This document shows, piece by piece, positions 12,701 through 23,147 of a DNA stretch of 64,000 bases. Each line of letters begins with the position of its first letter. Positions within the stretch are counted from its first letter, which is position 1. A program made the translations under genes and the position numbers. This DNA is from Botryllus schlosseri (Eukaryota): NCBI GenBank assembly GCA_051294905.1, contig CM119372.1, positions 33,852,001 to 33,916,000 on the forward strand, read 5' to 3'. Under the pieces are notes generated by a model. It saw only the letters and a list, made by a program, of their open reading frames with translations. It made no database searches and was not told the DNA's origin.

Positions 12701-15700
12701 CACATAAATCAGCCAAAACAGAGGTGAAATAAAAATCATTTTTTCAGTTATGATAAAACAATTAATTGTTGGTGTACAGAATGGAAACCATGTTGCCACG
12801 GACGAAGACTTAGAATCGTCGTCGTCATCGCCGCCGCCTCCGTACAGTATTTCGTCGAGAGTTGCGTCTACTGAACACAAGTGAGTTATGGGTAGGATAT
12901 TGTGAGAATGGGGGTAGCCAGAACATCTTTTTTTTGGGGGGGGGTGAGGGCATCACATGAATGCACGAATATCTATTGTGATGTAGTGTAAAACAATGGC
13001 ATCCTAATGTCCGAATAGAAAATGTGGAGTATAGCTTTCGTGGTCGTCAGTGACTCAGAAGTCTAAAGTAGCCTATGCTTTGTCTGCTTCACTTAGTCAT
13101 GTTATGTCAATCTTGGAGAAATTAGTACGGACAGGCACAATCGAATCACTGCCGATTCAAATCGGACTTCACCGCTCACTACTGCATCGAATCGAATTGT
13201 TTTTTTTTTCTCAACTTTGCAATAAATGAAATTGTAGTTGGCTACTTTAGAATTGAGTTGTCTTGAATTTCAATGTTCCATTTTTATGGATGTTTGAAAG
13301 CGCGATTAGGGATGGGGAAACGGCGCTGTTGCCCCCGTAGATCTCAGTCATTTTACGTTATTTTTTTTATCACATACATCGCGACATTGTTGAGTATTTC
13401 CCCTCTAAATTTTCATTCCGGCGACGCAACCGCATGTAGGCAACATAGTGTAAGTACGAAATATTCTTATCCTTGAATGAAACGAATGTTTTATATAATT
13501 TCGTCCGTTTTAGCACACCGCAATCTTATATAAGATGTATATTCGACAGAAAGCGAACTAATATATATGTTCTCATCGAAATACAAAGAGAAAAATGTCG
13601 GCAACAAAATGAAGTATAGCAAACGCGAGTGATTAGAGCAGTGGTTCCCAGACTGTTTCTGCTTGTGGCACACTAGAAATATTCTAAAACGCGCCCGGCA
13701 CACTTACAGGGGAAGAAAAGTTGCTTAAAAACTAGTTTTGCGGGTTAATGGGCTTGTTTATAAGGACTGAAGTGAAACGATGTTGCATTGTTTCCAAACA
13801 AACACTATTTAGTAGGGATGGTGTAAGAGGTTGAGAGGTTCACCCACACAGCGCAAACGTGACCTCACGCTCACACCCTCCATAGCATTTAGTCGTTAAT
13901 TTATAAAGGTCTCTCTCGGTTTTAACTATTTTCATGCCATGTTCACATGCAGAACCGAAACAGCAATGTGTTTTGTCAGCCACACCCACATGGAAACGCT
14001 GATCATGGACCCCCATAGGGTGTTCACTGCTCAACCTAACTTGCCTCTTTCTTCTCCTAGTAATTTCATCATTAGCCCTTATACATGCGATTCACAAAAA
14101 CGTAGCGAACGAAACACGTGTTACGCGATAAACGAACGAGTCATATTTATCTGCAGAATACACGAAGGTGATGATGTTAAAAATTTAGGGAACGTAATTG
14201 TACATGATCATGTTCAATTGCTCATGCTACACTGTCAGGTCTATCCCTGAGTTAAAATGCTGGTCCCATATTATATTAATATCAACTTAATAGAGAATAT
14301 TATTGGACTGTCCGCGCGGATAAGTCTGCCTTTTCAGGCGATGTAGTGGTACTCTTTACGGTCAGTCTGCAACCGCGCCAAGTATTCCCGTTCGATCAGG
14401 CCCTCGATGCGTCCCTTCGTGACTGTAAATTATGGGTATTCTATTTAATTGTTTGTATTTGCTGGAACGGGAACCCCTATAAAAGTCAAGAATACCAAAC
14501 AGACTAAATTTCGCCTTATCGCGCCGAGCGCGAAGAAATTTTCAAGTTGAGCATTATGCTGTCCGCCAAATATACTATGCTTCATGTTGCATTGCGAAAC
14601 AATTTTGTCCCTCCTTCGAGCTTGGATCCTTTCAAATTTGGGGTAGGGACACGGCAGTTACGGCCCCGATCGCATAGCTGTGTAGATGCAGCGATTGTAT
14701 AATCAGCCCGCAATTGCACCGATCAAGGCATAGGATTTGACAGCAGACAGTCGAAACTCATCCATTTTAAAGCAGATCCTTTCGTAAATCAATGAGCTGT
14801 TCTTCTGCAAAAAGCTGTTTGTTTTACTGGCACAACAGTGGCACTTAAAGTCATATGCGCCACGACAGTATACATTGTCTTTACTTTTCGTCTTCTTCCG
14901 GGCAACCTGTCACACGCGCACTCATTCACCGTCGGTCTCCCTCGTTTTTTATGCGCCCGTTTCCTCGTCTCCACAGCCGATTTTGGGCTAGGCTCACTTT
15001 CACTTCGGGCTTTTCGTACGCACTGCAATCGCAGTGAGGTAGGTTAGCGATGAGGAGCTCAGATAAACCTCCGACATATGGTAGTTTGAACCCACATCGA
15101 TCGGTGTCGTGGGGCTGGCGGCTTAACCAACTGCGCCAGTCGGCACAAAGTTAGGGAATCACTGGATTAGAGCGTTGAAACGCACATCGTTGATTATGTT
15201 AGAAGTCGGCCTTGCCTTGTTTAAACTCGTTACAACCTTCGTTCATTCGCGTCATCCTTATATAAATATAGAAAATATAGATATCATATGTTATTAATAT
15301 TTATATGCATATACATAAAACATACATAGCTACCAAATGTAAACAAGAACATTGTAGGGAATCAGTAGTTGCCGTTTTGGTATTTTAAATAATCTTCACA
15401 AATATTCTTTTCTGTGTTAGGCTATGCGTGTCCGAGGTAAGCCGAATGTCGCTTCTCGAAATATCACGTTTCGCAAGCTTATGTAACGTCAACATTCTGG
15501 AACATGCTTCCGTAAGCCCGCCATGTAACATTTACATGCAAGCGATATATATTTGACAGCACTCCATGACTCGACATTGCTATAATTAGGCGTTGTTTAC
15601 GAAAGGCATTATTTCATTAAACCTGAACCTGCAATTGAAATAACGCGGTTTGTGCGACATTGTTCAATTTTAAAATATGCTGAAATCACGATGAACATGA

Positions 15701-16163
15701 TCTGTAAAGCCACAAATAACTGTATATTGCGTGAATGTCGCGCAAACGGGCCATAAAATTATCCGATTTTATTTAATATCTTTTCTCTTGTTGGACAGAT
15801 AATTGCAAAACAGAATAATAATACTGTCGGCGCGTATAACACTAATCCGTAATATTCCATTTTAGTACAACCCAACAATCAGAAGGCAACGCGTCCGTAA
15901 GTGAAGAAGTTGAAACCGCCAAACGGACGCCGCCCTCAAGGGAAGTGCAAGTCGACGAAAGCCCGTCAACATCAAGTCATACCAGAAATAGTGTAGCCGA
16001 CACCTCTACGCAACAAACATCAGAAACGATCATCGTCAGAGTGATGAACCTTCTCCAAACGCTGGAGTCAGGCGATAACACAGAGCACACGCACAATGCC
16101 ATACAGTCAGCGAGAAAATATCTCAATGAGGTCGTCGACAAAGGCCAACTGAAGGAAAAATAA
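6771..16163 (+). CDS. Shisa-like type I membrane protein, 265 aa; exons 6771-6819, 7927-8113, 11987-12117, 12748-12880, 15866-16163
   Basis: All introns GT-AG with matching phases (1,2,1,2); total 798 nt. Signal peptide MLDEFVKVTLMVFYLQGVVAS; 8-Cys domain C-C-CC-C-CC-C (FCCGTCEQGFCC...IDRTEC); TM segment MLGVIIGGMVISFTGAMVVHGLI; basic stop-transfer RKLLRRRRKRR; cytoplasmic PPPPY. Confidence 0.78.
8760..9000. mobile_element. Head-to-head inverted pair of Penelope-like element 3' tail fragments
   Basis: 8760-8866 (-) and 8867-9000 (+) both match the sequence directly downstream of the GIY-YIG remnant at 56690-56850 (CTCTACTAGTTGCTGACGA...GAGTGTCAGCCGAAAA...CGGGTT). Confidence 0.6.
10575..10715 (+). 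mobile_element. Penelope-like element 3' tail fragment
   Basis: ATGCTGGCGACGTCGTATTTTGTGATACGATTGTTG...TTCTCTACTAGTTGCTGACGATTACCCC closely matches the reverse complement of 56740-56830. Confidence 0.6.
11180..11811. mobile_element. Degenerate Buster/Charlie hAT MITE in intron 2 of the Shisa-like gene
   Basis: CCGTGGTTCTCAC ... GTTGAGAGCCTCTG imperfect TIRs; TSD poorly preserved. Confidence 0.55.
12165..12236 (+). mobile_element. 5' fragment of the TAGGGATG hAT family
   Basis: Near-identical to 4128-4198; truncated after about 70 bp. Confidence 0.85.
13639..13705 (+). mobile_element. 5' fragment of a Buster-type hAT MITE
   Basis: CAGTGGTTCCCA TIR preceded by GATTAGAG (nnnTAnnn); partner end not found. 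Confidence 0.45.
13813..13884 (+). mobile_element. 72-bp internally deleted mini-derivative of the TAGGGATG hAT family
   Basis: 5' TIR TAGGGATGGTGT joined directly to the family 3' end (GAGGTTCACCCACACAGCGCAAACGTGACCTCACGCTCACACCCTCCATA); flanks CTATTTAG / GCATTTAG (6/8). Confidence 0.7.
14790..15146 (-). mobile_element. tRNA-derived SINE
   Basis: Pol III A box TGGCGCAGTTGG and B box GGTTCAAAC, followed by GTCGGAGGTTTATCTGAGCTCCTC shared with the SINEs at 27-40 kb; no cloverleaf 3' end, so not a tRNA gene. Confidence 0.6.
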
Positions 16164-18039
16164 CCTAGCCCAAGTTAGAAACGCGGGGAAATGTAAAACA
16201 GTCAAGCCATCCGATGGTTCGCACTTACAAAGTTCCATAAACTATATACTAAGTTTATCAACCCAAATCTCACGCCAATCTCACCCAAATGTTTGAGAGG
16301 TTGGTGATGGAGAGGGATCAATCCAACAACATCCTAATTTCGGGAAGATGTCGAAAACACTGCCATCAGCTACGCACTTGAGCACTTCAGATTTTTGCTT
16401 CGCATACTTTACTATCACATAACCGGGTGATTATGACCATGTCTTTAGTAATAGTGCCGGTCTTATAGATGATCTTATCAAATGCCATTATATTTATCAT
16501 GTTGAAATTGTCGAGGTGGGATATCTGTCGATTTTTTAGATACATTCTCAGACACAATACCGACCACTTGTGGCATACAGTATTGATAAAATGTTTTCGT
16601 TCAAAACAGTATCATTTAGTGTCTTTTGTGTGATTCGAAAGTCACCGTGCAGTTATTTTTCACTTTCAAGCAGTGTCTGGTTGAATTAACTACCTTGAGT
16701 TGCAAGTTATGTCAGGTCAAATCATTTAAAATGTTTCTAGTAAGGATGTATGGCGGGTCATTTTATCACGGATGATGAGGACGAAAACGTTCCCTCGCGA
16801 CGCTCTAAATCGAGCAAAGTGAAATTTCATGTTGAATGAAAAAATAGCTGCGGCCCAATTTTTTTTTCGATCTGTGCTTCAATTTGCGACAACATCAATT
16901 TTAGGGCGCAGTGCCCCTTTAATGTTGCATAACTATGGACTTCTGAGTTGAGCGTTGGTGACGACTTTCGATTGAATGTACCGTTATCATTGTGCGACTG
17001 CGAACGACGTGACCCATATTCATAAATCTGCCTTTGCTGCACAGATAGAGAGTGCTATTAGTTTACAAATTTTTTAAACAGTTCATAGCGCCCACGTTTA
17101 CTCACAGCGAACCCAATCACCCAGTTCGTAGCTAGCTCCCCTTTCGATATCGTAAACGCCCCAAGGGGACGCTGGCTCTCACTTTGCGAACCGAGCAGCA
17201 TCGGACATCGAATCGACTATTGACGCACCAATAACTGGTTGTCAGTCCGACTTCAGACTTCTTTCCTACGTGTTGGAGGTTTGTTTAGGCTCCTCTGGGA
17301 GGACATCTGATCCGCGCAAAAGGTGTCTTAAAATGGCTAGAAGTCGGCAGATAAGGAATCATAAATGACCACTGTAGTCAAAACACCATGCTTGCCATAA
17401 ACAACAGCAATCGACCTAGCGAGGAAGATGCTGAACGTAGTGAACGCCCTACCATTATGAAATCTCGTAGGCGTCTCCACAGCTCCATCGCTCTAAACCT
17501 GGTGTCGTTAGGAATATTCCGGGTACCGCGAGACAAACGAAGAATTACAAGACTACTGGCTATTACTGTGATCCCATCAGCTGGGGATATTATGTATTCC
17601 AAACTAGGGGATGTTGCGCTTCAGCATTGCAAGTTACCGACTACAGGCGCCTCTGCGTTTCGACGCAAAATTCGTCGGGGCGAATAATGAAAACTGCAAC
17701 ACAAACTGGATACATTGCTGTGACAGAATACACAGAATAGTGTTTCGCTGCTCTGCGATTATCCGGAGAAGTGACGATTTTAGTAATACGGTGCGATTTC
17801 GTGAGAGGGCAGGCTGCTGGTGCCCTCACCAGAATGATCTTTACAATTCCGTAATAGCTGTGACAGTAGCTTTCTAATTATACCAGTTTGGATATATTTT
17901 CAGTTCCAGTTTGCCCGCTCACAGCAATTAGCCAACAGCTGGCTTTATCCTCGCAATTACTCGAAGCCGCAAGTTTCTTATGTGTCCCTCAAGATGTAAA
18001 AGGTTTTGGAGTCTTCTTCCGATAGAGGTTTAGCTAGGG

Positions 18040-20264
18040 CAGGGGTTCTCAACCTTCTTTTGATCGTGCCCCATTTTCTGGTTTGAAAATATTCTATGGC
18101 CCACATCTTGTCCTAGAGCAGCAGGCCGGGGCAAAGTGCGGCCCGCGACGTGATTTTGAGCGGCTCGCGAAAGCTAATTGGAATTCATAACATAAACCCT
18201 ACCTTTGAATGTTAACCCGTGGACTAAAATTTTAGGCTGTATAAACTGAACCGGAAATTCGTTCACTGTAGAGCTTGTTTATTCATTTGCCGTGATTGCG
18301 AAGCCTGCGTATGTCATCCCATAGTAATACACATTCAAAATAAAATGCCTTAACAATTGAATTCAAAAAAGTCATTGTTTCCATATTATTTTGTTCTAAC
18401 CTTCTCTGCGCGATACTGTCACATGCACACACTCTGTGCCAAATCCCTAATTTGTAAAACAAGTCAATCAGTGCTCGTGCTGAAACGATGAGCGGGCGGG
18501 CACGTAAAAAATGAAAGGTGAGGACCCACGGCTGAAATTCTAAGAAGATAATTCGGAGTACTAAATATTTATTTACTTGAGTCGGAGATGGACCCGTCCC
18601 TTTAGTTTGTCGCGAACAGGTCGCAATGGAGTGTAATTTATGTCGATATTATGGCAAAACACGAATACAGACACATCGGCTAATGGCGGGCGCATTCGGA
18701 AGCATCACTGCTAGTTTCCATCAACAACAAAGGCTGTTTTGCCAAGATGTATACTGCTCGGAAGGCAGTGACCGATGCAAGTTTTGTACTATCGTAAATG
18801 CATTTCAATGTCTTAATAGGAAACGTGTCTGTGGGTTAAAAAAGAAGTAAAAATATTTCATCTTTACCATTGATTTTAATTATGGCGGAGAATAAATATC
18901 ATATTTGTTAATTAACCGACACTTTCTCACTGCCAAATACCAATACATCCACTGAGCACCGTGTATTAGGAATGTAATTCACTGCTTTTAATTTAGAAAT
19001 ACAATTATTAAACCGCAGAACATAGTTAAAATTTTTGACTCGGCCCGCGTCAACATATTTTCTGCTTTCATTTGACCCGCGAGGAAAAATAATTGCCCAC
19101 CCCTGTCCTAGAGTCATAGTCTTGTACAATCAGTGGTAATCGCCGCCGAAGAGATGACTATATTTCTTTAAAATATGCACATTTCTCTCTTTCTAACCAT
19201 ATTTAAATCTAGGCCAGTAGGGACATCTTCACGTTGAATATTCTCCTCCAAAAAGCAACCAATGAAATAATTTTGGGCCCCTTCGAGCTCCCATAATTGG
19301 GGTTTGAGGTGCGACAGTTACGACCCTTGAAGATCGTATAACTCTTGTGTACATCCGCTGTCCCACTCACATAGCGAAATAACCCAATGATCCAATCCCC
19401 GCATCCTCTGTGTGATTGGGGTTTTATAGTTTCACTACCACTATGGTGGGAAGCAATATAATCATTCGGGATAAATGTACCCACTTTGAGCCCGCGCGTT
19501 TCAAACAATTATTTGGTGAATGGGGTAGTAAAGAGTGGAGAAAGAATTCTTGAATATGCTAGCTGTACAATGTACTGTACATGTAGGCTACATAGTAGGC
19601 TATGTCTTGTAGGCTACCTATTGAAGTTGCGATGACAGAGCATTAAATCCGATGATGCAATCGATTCATGTTAGGCTACTGTAACATTATGTACAATGAA
19701 GGCCGGACATTTTTAGACCGACTCCAAAGATTAATGTGCAGCGCAAAATCCTCAATCCATTACGATTCGGTGCCGTATACTTTCACCGGCAGTTGATCAT
19801 TGATAATAAATTACAATTGTGGGTATTTTACATTACTATAATAAGACCTGCCGAAGTACCGTGAATCTACATCATATGCACTTCGGTTCGAGTTTAACGA
19901 ACACCCATTTTAAGGGCATACAACGTATGAAACCGTCGGAATACTTCGTTACTTCAACATTAATTCCTAGTTATTAAATAATCGAAATTATTTTTGTTGC
20001 TGTTGGCCTTAGGTTGTCATAGCCAGGGGACAAACGCCGCCCCCCCCCCCATTTACGACTTGTACATTGTGACTCGATATACGTCTCATCAGAGTCGGAT
20101 GACAAGCTTTTCTGTCACCTACGTATAATTCGATAATATAAATATATTTTTTTATATATTAACATAACAAATGTAATAAAACTTCTACAAATTTTACAAT
20201 GTTCGAAATAGCTCTGTGGTCCAACCTCAAATTATTCCTGTGGCCCACCCTCCGAGAACCCCAG
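18040..20264. mobile_element. Buster-type hAT element (2.2 kb) carrying nested insertions
   Basis: CAGGGGTTCTCAA ... CCGAGAACCCCAG; perfect TSD AGCTAGGG (18032-18039, 20265-20272). Confidence 0.8.
18119..19105 (+). mobile_element. Internally deleted SPIN/Charlie-type hAT with decayed transposase N-terminus (~18488-18790)
   Basis: CAG-CAGGCCGGGGCAA ... TTGCCCACCCCTG; perfect TSD TCCTAGAG. Decayed frame MSGRARKK*KV...KYLFT*VGDGPVPLVCRE..ECNLCRYY..QQQRLF/..AVTDASFVLS resembles GTF2IRD2/SPIN-type transposase N-termini. Confidence 0.85.
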
Positions 20265-20429
20265 AGCTAGGGTTAACATATGTCCTCCTTTTACAGGGAA
20301 ACGAAACAGCAGTATAGTGTATCGTTAAAAAGTGGGTGATTTTTTTAGTCAACACAACGAGATTTCGAATACAAATTTTAGAATCAGCAGTTTTCTAGTC
20401 CGGTAATATGACTTTTATGATTTGTAAAG

Positions 20430-21383
20430 CAGATGTCTAAAACACGCGGCCCGCGAAAGCATTTTGTGCGGCACGCGACAAAATTTTAGAATTTCAAGTA
20501 GGCCTATTTGACAATGACAATATATAAGCGCCACATACATCTTTTCATGTTACAAAGTTAAAATTCCTTCTTAAACTACTCTAAAAGCCTGAAACTATTC
20601 GGAAATCTTTGTCACTATCATACCGATTGCAGACGCTACCATGCGGTGAAAGATTTACTATTTTGTCACTTTTCCGATTCATGATGATAAAACGGGGCCC
20701 TTAGATAATTCATGACCGAAATTTGTGACTCGGACGCGACCTTTCGTAGAATTACTCGGACTGACTCGATGGCATAATGAAAACGACTCGTGTCTCCGAT
20801 CTCGAACGGCGAGACTTGAACCCGGGTCGCCTGCATAGATGACGCCACTATGCTTTCTAACGTTGTTTTAATTTGACCAAGGACAATCATAAGAATAATA
20901 CCCCACTTATCAGGAGTAGCCTACACCCGGAACCTGGATTGGGCTAAACTGCTTAACCCTAAATTGCTGTGAATGTGATATCAGATCAATGTCTGTTATC
21001 AATCTGTTGAATTAAAAAATATTCGTGGTAGCTGCAAAATTATAACGCGATAGCTTTTATGCAGACATCATGCATTTGTAGGCTCGCCTCGCATGATGTC
21101 TATACCTTATAATTAATACCTACCAAGTACAACAACAATTTTATTCAAATAGTTATAAAGGTGATGTTTGTTTTCGTGTCAGGCCCAAATTGCTACAATA
21201 GTATATCACATTTTCACGGTGTGTGTGTCTGCTGGGTCGGCGCACTTTCAACAGGACATTATCATCCCGTCAAATAAGGTCTGCTTGGAAAGACATAGAA
21301 TAGCCCCTATTGATGTTGCGGCCCGCGGCGTCGTCAAAAACTAGAAAATTGGCCCGCGAGCACATTTGAGTTGGAGAGTCCTG
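20430..21383. mobile_element. Degenerate Buster-type hAT MITE with an internal tRNA-like (SINE) segment at ~20660-20880 (-)
   Basis: CAGATGTCTAAAAC-ACGCGGCCCGCG ... GGCCCGCGAG...TTGGAGAGTCCTG; flanks TTGTAAAG / GTATACAG (5/8); internal B-box-like GGGTTCAAGTCT on the - strand. Confidence 0.55.
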
Positions 21384-23147
21384 GTATACAGTGTCCTCCT
21401 CTCGAGATTATAAAAATATGGTAACCGAAGGCATAGCACATTACCATCTCTTCCTCATAATTATGATTCATAATTTGCACAAATGCTACACAAATATTCG
21501 AATAAATACGATTGACAAGCGCTAAACTTTACAACTTATTCGGTACTAGTTTATAGGCCTGCCGTTCTTTGAAATGATGAAACCGCATAAAGTGGATCCA
21601 GTGCTAGACCGCCACAAACTATTGTTCCCTTTGTTTGAGTGCCGCGAGGTCAAAAAGGTTTCGAACTACTGCGCTAGTTTTTTCCTAAACCTGACTATCA
21701 AAATCAGTGGTACGCGATTTCAAGAAATTACAACCAGTAACGACACACGCTTTTCGAGAATTGACCGTGATATAAAAGAAGTAAAAATCTTCGTTCGTTA
21801 CAACACAGCCTGTTACAGGAAAATGCACGTTAGTCCCACAGAATAGCGGCATGGTAAATCCAATTCATCAAAAAGAAATCGTGCAACGAGCTATCCAAGT
21901 TGGAAAGCTATAAAATGATCAGTTCGGTGATATGAAGAATGTAGCTATGGATGAGAATTTGAAAGGCTCCAAAGATCAGAAACGAACGAACATGCCACAA
22001 TGTCGAAAACTCAAAATTTGAAGCAGCAAAATCGTATTTTGGCTATACCTGGCGTGAACAGTCAATGCCCAGATCTCAGACCTGGCACTGCTAGTGTTGG
22101 TAATGACTATTTAGCAACGTGTGCAAATAAAATTGAAGTCCCCAACAACCGCGAGTAATAGCAATTAGTAAGTACTACGGTTCCAGGCAAAAACGTCAGG
22201 CATACTTTTGAGTGCGAAAAAGGTTAATGAATTCATGTAGAATTAGTCGCATAAGATATAACCTGCGTTCAAATTGACTTTGACAGGCTAATAAAATATG
22301 TCTAACCAAATCAATTATTGAAGATGTGGAACTCACATTATGCCGACTTGCAGTACATCACTTTGATAACGCGATGCGACAAAATAGGCTATAACAGTGA
22401 CTGAAAGCGAGGTGCGGTGGACACGTGTTGAAATTGACAGCTGCCCGACATTCGAGCAGGTGAGAAAATGAAAAACGACAGCCGAGCATGCGGACTCTAA
22501 ATTTGGTAAGGTGACTAAATTCACCCAGCTCCAATCATGCCCTGATTGGTAACTGGGTCTAGATGATGCTTAAAAAGCTACCTGATGAATACAAAAAGGT
22601 CACTTTCATCCAGCACATTCATGACTCTCATCCTGAGGTGAGCACAAGAAATACAACAAAACAAAGTCATAAGTCAAAAGTCTTATAAATAAGGACAATG
22701 TAGTTTGGTAGTTCTAGGTGCATTGGCCTTTCAAGGATTCTGTAATAGTACTCTGCTTTAGCATGTGACAGAGGAGCATACCACTTTATTGCCATTAAAC
22801 CAAAACCCAACGTTAAATCTAACTTTAACCCACATGCCCAAGGGTTGCTTGCTTATAATTATGTCCAAGGACCGAAGCTGACACCATACCGCACATGTCC
22901 TCGGTAAAATGGACTGTCGGGCATTGTAAGCAATTGCATAGCGCCACCACTAGGTCGATTATGCTGGACTGGCAAACGCGTCTACAGTTGGTCATTAGAG
23001 AATAATAACGGAACAACCACCAGGACCAGTGCATACAGTCGGCCACCAGACTATAACGATGGTAGGCTATATCCAGCAAAAGCAGTGCATGCACTCGGTC
23101 ATTACACCGGCACCTGACCAAACATAGTCTGACGAATAATGATTTCG

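Noticed and set aside
17340-17900. GC-richer stretch with overlapping ORFs, vaguely like a retroviral integrase region
   Set aside because: No diagnostic HHCC or DDE spacing and no LTRs found.
22441-23065. Possible plus-strand mini-exons (e.g. 22563-22637 MMLKKLPDEYKKVTF..., and a PPDY-containing piece)
   Set aside because: Weak acceptors, no coherent phase chain and no recognisable homology.
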